Shown piece after piece: positions 25,770-39,676 of a DNA stretch of 64,000 nucleotides. A program made the translations under genes and the position numbers. Each line of letters begins with the position of its first letter. Position 1 is the first letter of the stretch. A model generated the notes under the pieces. The model was not told where the DNA came from. It saw only the letters and a program-made list of their open reading frames with translations, and did not search any database. Source of the DNA: Eledone cirrhosa (lineage: Eukaryota); NCBI GenBank assembly GCA_964016885.1, contig OZ024743.1:363568001-363632000 (forward strand), written 5' to 3'.

Positions 25770-26229
25770 TCACACACACATACACGCACACACGCACACA
25801 CACACAACCACAAGCACATTAACCTGTCTGTCGCCACTGCTACTCAACCAACCGGAAGTAATCGGCTTAATAATTTTCAACCTACATTGAACTGGCTCAA
25901 AGAACGATTTTAAGTACTTTTGTTTGTTTGTTTGTTCAACTCATTGTATGTGTTTATTTGAGTGGCTATGTTGTGGAGTCAAGGATTCCCATAAAGATAT
26001 TCCCATGCAGGGCAAACAAGAGCAACAAGCACCAGCGAGGTTGTATAGCAAAGTTTATTCTCTCTTCCGCTGCTTACGACGCTATGCGATTTACAATGGA
26101 TTCTACGACAAAACTTCGCTGGCTATTATTAATTCTCGATGTTTAGTAATTGACCTTTGTCATGCTTTCCTTAAGAAAATTTCTGAAATTTGTTTCTATG
26201 ATCATATGATATTTATATGCAGGGTGCTT

Positions 26230-27640
26230 ATAGCTGCAGAGATTTGAAGGCATTATACAGAAAAAAAAGGCAAGTTTTGGGCCCACACCCCTTATGGGAA
26301 AGTGTGTTGAGCAGCGAGTGCCACTGTACCAAGTATTTGTGGACCTTACTAAAGCCTTCTATACTGTTAATCGTGGTGCATTGCAGGTCATATTGGGGAA
26401 ACATGTATGCCCCACTGAATTTGTTGGAATATTAAAAAATAAAAACTCAATGAAAGCAAAAGTGAAAGCAAAGCAAAAGTGAGCTTCAGTGGGGTACTTT
26501 CAAAGTCAATTTCAGTGGGAAACAGTGTCATACCTGCACCCACTCTGTCCTCCTTCTAATTCTTCATGCTGCTGAGATATGCCTTCCATCACTTCAAAAT
26601 CGGTCCTCAGGCAACTTCTTTAATCAGACAGCAAGTCCAAAACATTTGGCACTCATGTCAGCGAGTTTCTGTATGCTGATGATGCGGATTTTGTGGCACA
26701 CACTGTACAGGACATGCAGTTGATCTTTGACACCTTCTCCAATGTATGCACTGCGTTTGGGCTAAATATTCGCATAAAAAAGACAAAAGTAGCCTCCACC
26801 AGTTGGGGAAGTGTATGTGGAGCCAGGCATTTTTTCGTGAGAAGAAAAAGACTTAAAGTATGGACAGCTTTGTGTATTTTTGAAGTACACCTAGTAGAGA
26901 TGGTACCCTTGATGCTGAAATAAATTACAGGAATGCGAAAGCGAGTCCTGCCTTTGGGAAGCCAAAACTTTCTGTGCATGAGGCCAGTGTTCTTACTGCC
27001 GTTATACGTATGCGAAACGTGGGCAACTTACCGACATCACATCAGGCAGCTGGAAAGATTTCATCTGCATTGTATCCGGCGCATCCTGAACATCAAGTGA
27101 TCCTCTTACACACCACATGCTGGTGTACTTGAGAGAGCGAGTAGCACCAGTATTGAGAAGACGATTATTATTAACCAGATGCTTTGGGCTGTTATGTAGT
27201 CAGAATGACTTCTTAAACAGTTATTTTATGGGGAGTTGACCTGAGGAAAAAGTCCACAGCCTAAACCAAGTAAAGCGGTTTAGGATTGACATAAGAGACA
27301 ATCTTAAAGCTCTGAAGATTGATATGGAGAACTGGACATCAAGTATGGATGTGATCTCTTTGAGAAAAGGCGAGTGGAGCATGTAGCTTTGAAGCGTTCA
27401 CGCCCTAAGCAGGACCCAAGTGCAATGCCTGCACAAATCCAACAGGAATTGAGATGCAATGCATGTGAACGATTTTTTCTATCAAGAGCTGGATTTGTCA
27501 ACCATCTGAAGTCACACGAACCAGGAAGAAATTCAGCCACTTGTGAGATGGTTCTACCAATATGCCCTCCGTGGTACATTTACAATAACTGTGGCTTAAT
27601 GTGTGAGCCAGCTAGTGGATTACATTTGCTTAAATTCATT
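26230..27640 (+). mobile_element. Decayed RTE-clade LINE (RT through C-terminal C2H2 fingers)
   Basis: PLYQVFVDLTKAFYTVNR, FLYADD, YVCETW, CNACERFFLSRAGFVNHLKSH; many frameshifts. Confidence 0.85.
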
Positions 27641-28119
27641 TCTTAGACTTTAAACGCTATCCGGTTCTGAGAGAGGCAGGGATAGTGGTAATGAGAGGAG
27701 AGGACGGTTCAATTACTTGACTGGTATTTTATTTTTTGACGCCGAAGAGATGGTACGCAGAGATAAAATAGGCAGGATTTGAACTTGCATGTCAAGCAAC
27801 CACACATAGACCCTCGTTGGATCCCTCATGAGAGAACGTCTTGCAATACTGAATTACTCGGCTTTTATGTCTTGAGCTGCTCAAATCTCGCCAAGGTCGA
27901 TTTCATCTTTTATTCTTCCAGGGTCGGCAAAATAGGTATATTTCATGGAACTGATTACACGGAGCTCCTGTTTGTGTACATTTGAACTTCATTTCGGAGC
28001 ACACAAATATCGTCATTAAACTCGGCAAATGCTTTTGTATTTGTGGTAGCAATAAACCAATAAATAAATCAATATATATATACGGAGGAGGGTATGCATG
28101 TGTATATATGTGTATATAT

Positions 28120-28280
28120 CAGGTCACTCTTGGGCGCTACTGGTAAATATCATATGGTAAGGTCGTTGATGACTAAATTGGCGATCCTACCAACTTTGCT
28201 TGGTAAGGAAGGTGATTTTCGGACACACTACGCGATGAAAACAGGACCCGTCAAAGGTCGGGGGAACTCAGGAGAATCAA
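28120..28280 (+). mobile_element. RTE-family 5' UTR fragment, homologous to the 5' end of the element at 37702-38282
   Basis: GGTCGTTGATGACTAAATTGGCGATCC...TTGCTTGGTAAGGAAGGTGA...GTCAAAGG matches the reverse complement of 38120-38245. Confidence 0.6.
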
Positions 28281-28313
28281 TATATAATAAAACATGCTTT
28301 CTTTCGTATATAT

Positions 28314-28364
<51 letters not shown>

Positions 28365-30073
28365 AAAGGAGGTTATTTTATTATATTCCACACGGTTAAA
28401 GATATAAAGAAAAGAAGTTGAAAATGCACTTTAGATCTTTGAGGATGATTTATTTATAATAATTCACTTTTCTCAAAACACTATAGCGGGATTTCGTGGA
28501 AATTTAGGCCACTATTTATATCAGCTCCATGTTGGGCGGTGCATGTATCATCAATGGCAATTTTATGAATCGTAGTTACTGTAGCTGTTTGACGGGCTAG
28601 GAATAGTAAACAAACCTACATCCTAGTACACTCGGCATTCTATAAGAAATGGAGGGACTCATTACATGGTGTTATCGTGCATACACAGAAACGAGGGAAT
28701 AATCAAGCCTGGGACTTCTTTGATCGTAATTCTTCTAGATCAGCGTCTACCTGGGGATAATCAACCACAACATGACATATACACAACTAAACATGGATTT
28801 ACTGTGAATAGGGCCCTAAATCTGTGCGAAATGCACCTATAGCGTCTTAAAAAACTGAAGATACACATATTTTAGCCCTTAATTACAACAGTATATCTAG
28901 AAGAAAAAAAGGGACTGCCATGACTGATTAATACCATTAATCATAGATTTTCTTAGAAAATGTCTATAACAAAAACAATTGCATATGCTTTATCATATCT
29001 TTGTATCTTGCAGGTTTTACTTTAGTTTTTTAAATATATCGGTTAAAAAATGGGTTACTTTTTTTCTGCCCGCTAACGTATTAGGAAATCATGGAATGTG
29101 AGAGATGTGAACAGTGGTTAGCAACTATAGTAGAATTAAATGACTGTATAAAGTTATAGACCACAGTTCAGTGGTGTATGGAGCAGTGTAGAATAATTTA
29201 CTCTCTTTTATACATAGTAACTATAGTTAACCGTATTTAAATTGACCTATATATAGTTACAACACCTTTAATAATCTCCAATAATGATATTGTACATTAT
29301 CTCTCGAATATGACTGATCCAACACTCCTAACTGCCGGATATGTATATGTATTACATTGAAATAATGTTTAATATAATTATATCAAAGTTGATTTACAGA
29401 ATAATGTTGACCCATTTTTTGTTTTGTTTCGTTTTATGATTTTCTTTTAGCTTCTCTTTTGTAATTTCACTCAAACATCTTTGACCATAAATCTTTAATG
29501 AGATATAGTAGATGGCCATATCAAACATAATCTTCACACTCCATGTCTAATAGAAAGCCATTAAAAACGGAAACAATAAAAGGAAGATAATGAATTGAGG
29601 AGAAGGAGAGGAGGAGGAGTGTAGGGGGTAGGGGGGGGGGGGGGAACAACGTGTGATATATTTTGAAAAAATCAGAATCATTGTTGTAAAGAATGAATTT
29701 ATTCATTCTTGAAATACTTCAAATGTTTTTCTTCAAATAAATTTATTGACGTTTGGAATGTTCATTCATCAGTCGACAGAATGACGTAAAGAAAGCTGCA
29801 GGATAGCAGTGGATAAAAGCAGCAACTCCATTTTTTTTCTTTCGTACAAAGAGCAAAATATATAAATAAAAAGATAAAAACAGGAAGATGAAGAAAGATG
29901 CATTCAGTTCAGAAGTTGTGAAGATAAAAACTCAATAAGTTGTTCAAATACAACATAGTTTATAGTTTTTATCTTCAAAATTAGTCTTTATTACCCGTTA
30001 TCAAGTTTCGTGGTTTAATTTTAATTCATTTTATTTTTCCGATGTAACTAGTGCGTTAATATTTCTTTTCACA

Positions 30074-30658
30074 TCAACTTTGGTTCTGAATGGACGCGAC
30101 TGTGTGCGAACCTCCTGTGTTAAGAACACTGGGAAGACCAATGTTCGGATGTTGTAACATACCTTGGTGAATTCTGTCCGAGTAAGGGTGTGGACACGTA
30201 CAAGGTTTACCTGGAGTAGAACCAGGACAAAGACCTAAATTTTGAGCATTGAGCAAGTGAGACGCATATGCATGAGATTGTAAGCTTAATCCACAGGTTA
30301 GTCCCGGATGGAAGGTTGCAGTGGGGTGATGAGGTTGCGGGTGAGAGGTGATAGCGGCTGCTTGACTTGTGGCTGCCTCTAGGGAAGCTAGTGAACGTGA
30401 TAAGGGGGTTGTGAGCGAATGCAGCAATTCGGGACGCCGATGTTGCAGTGGACTGACGGGGGTCATTTGAGTTGCTGGAACACGAGGTAACCCCAAAGTT
30501 GGGTAAGCCAGCTGCGCATGTGCAGCTGGGAGACCATAAGAATACGAAGACATTGTTGCAGCAAACAGAGCAAACATGTTTGGGTCAGGAACACCGAATG
30601 GCCAAGCTACAGCCATTCGTTGACGTTTGTCTTTCATTCGACGATTCTGGAACCAAAC
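30074..30658 (-). CDS. Evx: Even-skipped homeobox gene, last coding exon (end of homeodomain helix 3 + C-terminus)
   Basis: Acceptor ...tttcAG|GTT TGG TTC; VWFQNRRMKDKRQRMAVAWP is the Eve/Evx signature; phase 0; TGA stop at 30074-30076. Confidence 0.95.
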   Translation of the reverse strand, partial: VWFQNRRMKDKRQRMAVAWPFGVPDPNMFALFAATMSSYSYGLPAAHAQLAYPTLGLPRVPATQMTPVSPLQHRRPELLHSLTTPLSRSLASLEAATSQAAAITSHPQPHHPTATFHPGLTCGLSLQSHAYASHLLNAQNLGLCPGSTPGKPCTCPHPYSDRIHQGMLQHPNIGLPSVLNTGGSHTVASIQNQS

Positions 30659-30879
30659 CTGAAAGACAGGAAAATAGAAATATTTACGAACTACACAGAT
30701 TTCTGGTAACTCAACTTTGCCACATTCATAATACGATAAGTACACATACACAGAGATGCGCGTTGCATGTTTGTTTAAGTGTGATATCAAATGACATCTT
30801 ACAATATGCTGTTTACATGTTACAGCACTGCGTCGCAATTTTACGCATCATTGGTTACTCATGTTGGATACGTTATCAC

Positions 30880-32685
30880 CATCATCATAAATTTACGTGT
30901 GCTTTTTCATACTTATGTGGGTTGGACAGCTCTTTTCTAGTTCAACAATCCTCCACTGGCTGCTTTCCTTCGTCATTTCCTCTTTACACATCAGGGATTT
31001 GAGATATACTGACACTATTTTTGCCCAGGTCTTCCTTGGCTTTTCTCTACTGCACTACCTTCCTCAGAAATTTATTGGCACTTCTTTACCCAATGATCAT
31101 TATCCCTACGCAGCACATGTCGATAACAGTACAGTCTTTTCTCTTGCCTAGAGTATCTGATTCCTCTTTTTCTCTCAACCCATCCATGCTTTGTCCTTCA
31201 CGCATATTAACATTGCACATCCATCGAAGCATACACGCTTCATTTCTCTCCATCCTTCCCATATCCTCTAAATTCACATGAATCACTATCATGTAACATC
31301 ACACATCGAATGCTGGTATCATACAACCAGACTTTCGTTCATAAAGAGAAACCAGCGGTGGAAGTTTCTTGAACTTTTTCCATCCTGTTCTAATTCTAGC
31401 TAATATGCTGTCGGACAAAATCCTCCACTGCTAATTAGGTCATCAAACGAGCAGATGTTATCAGCCACTTCTATGGAGCTTTCCAGTGATTGGAAAAAAA
31501 TGATTTCAATGATGTTCTTATTACTAACTAACCCAATACATCTTCCACATACGAGGTCTACCTTTTCTGTTAGTATACTTGCTATCCCACTATACTTTTT
31601 GTGTACCCAAAATTTACTTTGTATATATCGTATAGAGTTTCTACCTACGCCTTTTCTATATATCGAACAAGGCCACTTCCTTGGTGGTATCAGAACCCTG
31701 TCTTCTTTCCTACTTACTAAAACTTTGACTTTTGCAAAGTTAATTCTAAGACCTTTTGGGGCATATCGTCAGAATACAGGAATTCCCGTGGACAGCCAGT
31801 CTTAAAATTCTCTGTTATTACCTGAGAAGGGCGGTGGATTGGCAGTATCGGTAGAGAGTCGGACACCATGCTTTCCAGCATAGTTACGTCCCTTTACGAT
31901 CTGAGTTCAAATCCCGCCGAGGTTGACTTTGCCTTTCATCCTTACGGGGTCGATAAAATAAAGTACCAGTAATGCACTGGGTAATTGCTGGCCTTGTGCC
32001 TAAAGTAGAAACAGTTATTACCTGAGAAATGGGTTTAGTACTGAGCCCTGATAAATACGTTGAATTTCTCACTTAACTCATTATCTATTCTCTGACCGAT
32101 CTTCACAAACTATTATTCCTCTACACTTACTTAAGAACCACCAGATGACAGACCATGATATTTTGTTAAAAGCCCTCTTCGGACAACGCAAGTTAGCTAT
32201 AGTGGTTAACACTTAGCTAGTAACTTTTCTTTTTACTAAGAAGAGAGCGACTGTGGTGTTCCTCCTATAGCACAAAACCAAACTGTATCACTTATAATTT
32301 GATTCTTTCCCTAATTAGTTGTGCTAAAACTCATCCGTCAATTTCATAAATTGGTCTATTAGTTTTATGACTTTGTAGTTGTTACTGTCTAGCGCATCAC
32401 CTGTTCGCTTGTAAATATTAATGAGTATACTAATATCATTGGTTATGATCCCATCATGTATTACCTGATTGACTATGCGAGTGACTAGTTCGACTCCCAC
32501 TTTCCCAGGAAAGTTCAACATTTCAACTCCAATGGCATTACTATTTTCATCTGTAAGCCGATAAGCGTAGATTTCGATAGTTAGTCTCTCTGTTGGACTA
32601 GCAGAGTGGTGTAGTCTCTCTTTTCCGCCCACATTCTTCACATTCATCAACATCATAGGAACGTTTCCATGTCACTTTCTCTTGG

Positions 32686-32690
<5 letters not shown>
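30880..32690 (-). mobile_element. Decayed RTE-like LINE in Evx intron 2
   Basis: Minus-strand fragments IYKRTGDALDSNNYKVIKLIDQFMK and ERNEACMLRWMCNV. Confidence 0.75.
31829..32013 (+). mobile_element. tRNA-derived SINE inserted into the intronic LINE, 15-bp TSD
   Basis: TSD GTTATTACCTGAGAA at 31814-31828 and 32014-32028. Confidence 0.9.
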
Positions 32691-32732
<42 letters not shown>

Positions 32733-32742
32733 TATATCTGTA

Positions 32743-32854
<112 letters not shown>

Positions 32855-33023
32855 TAGAAATACATAAATACAGATATACGAGATTGATTGATATAAAAAG
32901 AGAGTTATGTTTAGCTACAGTGCGGAAGAAATAGAGAAAAGAGGAATAAAATAATATATGAGTAATTAGAAATAAGAATTGCATGAATATGTCTTTTAAG
33001 AAACCGGAAACAGGATTATCTAC

Positions 33024-33184
33024 CTTGATAGTACTCTCTGGTAATTGAAGATCAGCAGCTAATTCACAGCGTTTAGGTCTTGATAAATAATTCTCACGAC
33101 TAAATTCCTTCTCTAGTCGTGAGATTTGTTCTTTTGTGAAGGCTGTCCTATATCGCCGAGATTGAGATTCGTCTACTTTGATTT
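33024..33184 (-). CDS. Evx: Evx homeobox exon (161 nt)
   Basis: aacAG|AA ATC AAA...ATC AAG|GTAGAT; encodes [45 protein letters not shown]; phases match both neighbouring exons. Confidence 0.95.
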
Positions 33185-33617
33185 CTGTTAACATAAATTA
33201 GATAGAAATACCAACTTTAATGTAAGACCAGCTGTAAAATGGTGATTTCTTATGATCAGATAGTTTTTCAGGTCAATTTTTGGACATTGCAGTTTAGATT
33301 CCCCCACTCCATTACACCTTTGTTTCCTCATAACCTTTTAAATAAAGCGTTTTTATAGATGAAATATTAATAGAGATACATTTTCAATTTACAATAACAA
33401 TTCTGTTGATGGTATACTTTTTTTTTTACAATTCCTAGTTGTAGAAATGACATTGCATTCCAGTATAAAATCTTGATTTGATTATTTATGATCAATATGA
33501 AATTGAAAGGCATGATAAACAAATAATTCCGAGCTGATTGAAAAAATTCAATAAATAAGATAATTTACGAAAGAACAATACAACAACGAAAAAACAAACA
33601 ACAGATTAATTTAACAC

Positions 33618-33752
33618 AGGTGCAGGCATGGCTACCTTGTTTTGGAGTTCGCTTCGCAACCACGTGATTTCAGATTCACTCTCACAGCCTGGCACCTTCT
33701 AATATAGCTCCAGCTTGACCAATGCCATGTGAGTGACACTTAGGAAACTGAT
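33618..33752 (+). mobile_element. Degenerate SINE of a second tRNA-derived family with a (TG)n tail
   Basis: GGTGCAGGCATGGCT...GCTTCGCAACCAC...GGCACCTT...GGAAACTGA followed by a microsatellite. Confidence 0.55.
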
Positions 33753-33769
33753 ACATACACACGAGCGTA

Positions 33770-33839
<70 letters not shown>

Positions 33840-33902
33840 CGTGCGTGTGTGTGTGTGTGTGTGTGCGTGTGTGTGTGTGTGCGCGTGTGTGTGTGCGTGT
33901 GC

Positions 33903-33976
<74 letters not shown>

Positions 33977-34431
33977 GTGTGTGTGTGTGTGCACGTGTGT
34001 AGGCGACAAAAAGAGATCGATAAAATAAATGCCAGACTTAAGACAAAATCAAGTACTGGGGGTCAATATAGCAGCAATCTAATGACTAAAACAAGTAAAA
34101 GACTAAAAGACAATAATTGTAATCTACGCATTCAAAAACTTATCGCTTCAAAATTTCCTTAACAAAATATGCTTTATTAAGAAAGTTATGAGTAAACAAA
34201 TTCGTGGTGATGAGTGCACTATTCCGTAATTATGCTAACTCTAGTAGGGAGTGATGACCGTTAATTAAGCCGTCTATGGGTGATCAAACATAAACCACGT
34301 CTGTATTTAACCTCAGTTATCAGAATAATTCAAACTTAAGATATATAAATAAGTTGTGCGTAGCCTCCGACAATTCACCACATTTGACTTCCAAACAAAT
34401 ATTATAAACACTTACGCGCACACGTGCACAC

Positions 34432-34500
<69 letters not shown>

Positions 34501-34573
34501 TATTATATTTATTCTATTATATATATACATTCATATTGTATTATATACCGACAATACACACACACACACGCAC

Positions 34574-34648
<75 letters not shown>

Positions 34649-35158
34649 GTGTGTGTGTGTAGATAGAAATAATATCTGTCTTCTGGCCATGGAGAAATGA
34701 GTTGTTTTTGTTATTTCTCGTGTATACAAACCAAGACGCAGCCCCACTGTCCACTCTAATTTTCATAGTAGTATATGCGGATCAATTAATTCATTCATAG
34801 TAAATCATTTCTTCAGTCTGCAACAACAGTAGCTCGTTTGATCTCAATCAAACTTGTATCATATTAAACACCATGAGAGCAATTTTATTTGTATTGTTTT
34901 ACTGTGGATCAGGAAAGGGACCTGTGGATCAGGAAAGGGATATTTGCATTTTATACTTTTAATTCCTAAATTTCTATTTATTTTGACTGAATTGTCCTGT
35001 TTATCTGTTCTACACTTAAATGTCATAAGATTGCATGAAAGGGACAATGCGAACTCAAGATCTGCCAGCAGACTAGTGACTACATCTTATTAATACGCCT
35101 CTGCTCACTTCTGTTGTAATTCATTGGAAAATTCGTCTGCCACTTCTACGTTTCAAGT

Positions 35159-35587
35159 TTAACCCTTTAGCATTTACATTACTCTATATATACTATTGTA
35201 TTTTCGTGGTAAGGGCTTTATCTCGCATAATATCTCACATAATATTGAATCTATGATATTTTGACATTATCTATTTTGAGAACAATACCTTAACATCAGT
35301 ATAAGTGGCAAGTTACGGCCGGTTTGAACAGAAAGGGTTGAGAGAATTCCGGCCGGATACAGCCCGTTTAAATGCTAAAGAGTTAAAGCATTTTAGATAT
35401 CAAAATGCTAAAACTTTGTAAATATGTTCTCCACTCATGAGAACTTTCAAAACATGCCATAATGTGTTGATTAGCTGCCTCAACTTATAAGTAGGATTTG
35501 GATTGGCCGGTTATGGCCAGTTTGAACAGAAAGAGGAGGTGAGAGAATTCTGGTCGGATATGGCCAGTTTAAATGCTAAAGGGTTAA
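35159..35587. mobile_element. TTAA-flanked MITE (piggyBac-type termini) with a duplicated right end, in Evx intron 1
   Basis: Left end TTAA-CCCTTTAGCATTTA; right end TAAATGCTAAAGGG-TTAA; a second right end at 35369-35386. Confidence 0.75.
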
Positions 35588-36886
35588 ACGATGAGAAATG
35601 GATCAGTCGCACTTATCTAAACAGTATATATTCCCAGTTATATAGGCGTGTGTCGGGAATATTGACTTCTTTTGCTCCAAATGGAACTTTAAAAGATTAA
35701 AGGTTTACTATGTGTTGGTGGGAAGAGAATTAATAGAAATGGCTTACCATTTTCAAACCAACTCTAAACAATTGTCCAGATAATAGTACCTGGTGGATAT
35801 CGTAAAATATAGATTTTAATCAACCAAGCATGCTGAGCTATGATCTTTTAATCGATAATAAGTTAGTCTCCCCCACATCTCAGCCGCCATTAGCTAGCAG
35901 ACGACCGAAGAATATTATCGAGACAAAAGTGTCTGTGGAAAGAACGTCGTCGACACGGTTACAACTCTCTAGAGCCCTGGTGTCTGACTGATGATCGACC
36001 GTGTGCGGCCGACCAATTCTATATGATTAATAATATTATTAATGCTTTGTTTGAGTTATTGTTAATGATTTTTTTCTTTTTGTATATCCATTATATTTTG
36101 TTTTACATTATACACAGATTTGCAACAAAATTATCGGATATATTGTTCAATAATAAATACATGAATTAATATGACATTTCGATGTTTTTGTCTTGTTTTT
36201 TTTTTTTGCAATTGACGAACCACGAATGTTGTTATTTATAAACGAGTCAATCCTGATGCAGCAGACCTAAGATTAGAACGTTCCCTCTGTTACTATCCTG
36301 ACGTTTGCAGATGTAGTGTACCTTGAACTATATTTATTCAAACCAACAAGATGGGATTTAAAAGAGATTTGACAGCTATTTCTCGCAGATAAAATAGCCA
36401 CATGGGCATCGTGTCTTAGCATTAGTAGATCGTCCAATGTTTTAAAGAACCAAAATTAACAAATTCAAATAACTTCTATTACAGAAATATATATATAAAA
36501 AAACATTTATCCAGAATCTTCTAAGGTAATTAACGATAGTACTAACACAACGTGATTCCTAATAAAGATGTATATAGATCCATATATATTATATACGTGT
36601 GGAATACATTTAGTCTCACTGTGAGTATGTTAAATGTATGATCACATCACAGCTCCCTCTACATCAGGGTAAGTGTGGTGTATACATATATCCCACAGTC
36701 GTTACTATTCATCAATACGCGCTTTATTTAAGTCGGGATACTGAGGGATAAAAGACAGTATGATCTTATATGAGAACTTATTTATATATGAGAACTTAGT
36801 TATATATAGTACAAGCTTGATTGGGTAGTATTAATTAGCAACATAATTAATACATACATATATATATATATATACAAACATATACA

Positions 36887-36947
<61 letters not shown>

Positions 36948-37192
36948 CTTTCACCGAAAGTGATTTCATTACATTTCTTCTTTCCATGATATCCGGAATA
37001 CATTGAGTTCTTCATACGGATTGGACACTACCGTAAACTCTTGGTAGATTTATCTACATATATATATATATATATATATAAAACAAACATATATTTAGTC
37101 TCACTAAATATTTTAGCCTGCGATCATATCACGGCTACACGCTGGGCTAGACCCTGTAAATTGATCATCATCAATATTACTAAGTTCCTTAC

Positions 37193-37433
37193 CTTTATAT
37201 TTCGAACTGAGTGGAGGATAATGTTCACCAGGGGACATAACTCTGTTTGGTGAAGGGATGGAAGACAACGATGAGGAAGCTGGTGATAACGTCACTTCCG
37301 GTTGACTTGTGAAGACGTCGGCGCTGTGTTCGGACCCAACACTATCTTCGTTGTGTACAATTATTTCTTCGGGACTCTGAAGAGGACTGTCAATGTCGGT
37401 GTTTGGACGAACAGAAAGTGGGTTCACTATCAT
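37193..37433 (-). CDS. Evx: Evx N-terminal coding exon (Ser/Pro/acidic-rich)
   Basis: ATG at 37433; strong donor AAAG|GTAAG at 37193 in phase 1, joining G+AA into exon 2 in frame; the only non-repetitive ORF upstream of the homeobox. Confidence 0.8.
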
Positions 37434-37701
37434 GTCTCGATTTAATGGTCTCAGGCTGATCACTGGAAATGGATATGCTTTCTTCGTTGTAGTTCGTATT
37501 CCAACAACTAGAATTAGAAATTAAAAATTAAGTTATGTGAAATTATATTGAAGTATTGGTGGAAAATGTTATTTAGTAAATACACACAGAGACACAGGCA
37601 TACGCAGAACCATACATACATACATACATACATACATACATACATACATACATACATACATACATACATACATACATACATACATACATACATACATACA
37701 T

Positions 37702-38282
37702 ACGTTTTCGAGTACGGCCACTACTTTATATCCATGTAGAAGAACCCCTACTGATGCGCTGAACGAGTGTGACATTTTAGTCCAGCCAGTGACTTGAAAA
37801 CTCTGGTACAAACACTACACCTGTGACAATTATTGACACATAGTGCTGGGCCCATAGTACCATGTGACGACAAGTGCAGAGAGATCTCCAGATATAAGGC
37901 AATGCCTGTGCCGTGAAGCTTTTATAGTGAACAAAGGCACTGCACAAAGCCAGTCCCACTCTCTTAACCAAGATGATATTTACCAAAAAGAAGAACAAGT
38001 CAACATCATTGGATACCATCAGAGTTGCAGGTGTTATATCAGAGTTTTCTATCTCCTAGAATTCTGCCTTCACAAAGGCTAATGGGGTCATCTCTCCCGG
38101 TGATTTTGGATGGCCATTGACTCTTAAGAGCTCCTTTGCCCTTTGACAGGTTTTGTTTTTAGTCCTGCAGGATGTCCAAAGTCACCCTCCTCACCAAGAA
38201 ACCTTGGTTGGGTTGCCAGTTTAGTCGCCAACGACCCAACCATGAGACAGGTGGTACTGGGATACATGTTACCATACTGCGA
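37702..38282 (-). mobile_element. Internally deleted (5'+3' bipartite) RTE derivative between (CATA)n tracts
   Basis: RTE-type 5' UTR joined to a C2H2-like remnant CTRVFKSLAGLKCH and a 3' end TGGCCGTACTCGAAAACG; the 3' part recurs at 52423-52668. Confidence 0.65.
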
Positions 38283-38370
38283 TACATACATACATACATA
38301 CATACATACATACACACACACAAACATACATACATACATACATACATACATACATACATACATACATACA

Positions 38371-38401
<31 letters not shown>

Positions 38402-38632
38402 GTTTGTGCATATGCTGACATTGAGTAACAAAATCGGATGAGGCGTAAGAGAGGTGAGAATATGTTAAAACGGAAATATTTATTAATCCAGATATATTTC
38501 GGATTCTATCCATTTTCAAGGAATCTGTTGCAGAATTAATGGAGTGGGCCTATTTTAGGCCTCCGTGTGGCTTTTGTTGAGGTTATGACGGTAAGATTAA
38601 ACCAGTAAAACAGAAAGTGTTAAAATAAATAT

Positions 38633-38704
<72 letters not shown>

Positions 38705-38759
38705 GGTGCGCTGAGGGGTGTATATAAGCGCATATATAATTATTTATATATATATATAT

Positions 38760-38961
38760 GCATATATGGATAAGGGAGCACATGACGCCGACAGCTTTTC
38801 TGTCAAAAGACATCTCGACAGATGCCGCAGCCAGGACATTGGGGTTCAGCATAGAGGAAACAGAAAGGAATGTGGGTAGTTTAAGAATCAAAGAGGCCAT
38901 TTTCATTAACAAGAATATATCCCAGATAAATAATGGGTTGGAAATGCACGAGGCAGATTAG
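38760..38961 (+). mobile_element. Penelope-like GIY-YIG C-terminal fragment
   Basis: RIREH-like motif...FSIEETERNVGSLRIKEAIFINKNISQIN matches the PLE endonuclease tail pattern L.I.EA..I....P.IN. Confidence 0.65.
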
Positions 38962-39192
38962 CTATAATAACGATTCCACGCATACGTATTTCAGACACGT
39001 AAACTATTTAAGGAAGAACATATCAATTGTTCGTTTTGTTTTGAACTGTTCCCGCTTCACATTTGAAGGGTAGATTTGCTGTGAAATATCATGTTGAAAT
39101 ATATTGGCTAAAACATTACTTTGTTTTGTCATATATATATCTACCGATCTACCGCATTGTATCGGCGTTTTGAAACTTATCACTCATTTATT

Positions 39193-39306
<114 letters not shown>

Positions 39307-39307
39307 T

Positions 39308-39436
39308 TATTAAAATAACATATTAAAGTTTAAGCAAAGAATCGCTGCTTTCGCCCTTAACCTTTTTAGTTTCAGAAGATCCCGTTAAGGGTGAAAGCAG
39401 CGATTCTTTGCTTAAACTTTAATCTGTTATTTTAAT
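39308..39436. repeat. Fold-back with about 50-bp arms containing an HHR variant (CAGAAGA-TCCC-gttaa-GGGT-GAAA)
   Basis: AAAGTTTAAGCAAAGAATCGCTGCTTTCGCCCTTAAC pairs with GTTAAGGGTGAAAGCAGCGATTCTTTGCTTAAACTTT; related pieces at 39674-39716 and 61030-61066. Confidence 0.8.
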
Positions 39437-39627
39437 AGATATTTGCTCTACGGTTCTTATATATCTGATATGTATTTATCCTTATCGAGCCCTCATTCGA
39501 TTTTATTCTTCAAATTTATTATTATTACTATATATATATATATTTAGTCTCCACCCCATTCTCAAGAGCGTGAAACTAATAAACCTTTGTTCGTACTGCC
39601 TCTCTGTTTTGGTACCGTTCAATTTTT

Positions 39628-39676
<49 letters not shown>

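Noticed and set aside
29745-29775. Hammerhead-like CTGATGA...AAACGTC on the Evx sense strand in the probable 3' UTR
   Set aside because: GAAA is CAAA, stem II is marginal and there is no stem I; probably chance.
30659-30838. N-terminal extension of ORF 30074-30838, and the extension of ORF 32598-33194 beyond 33024
   Set aside because: Intron read-through past canonical splice sites; the spliced product restores a contiguous homeodomain.
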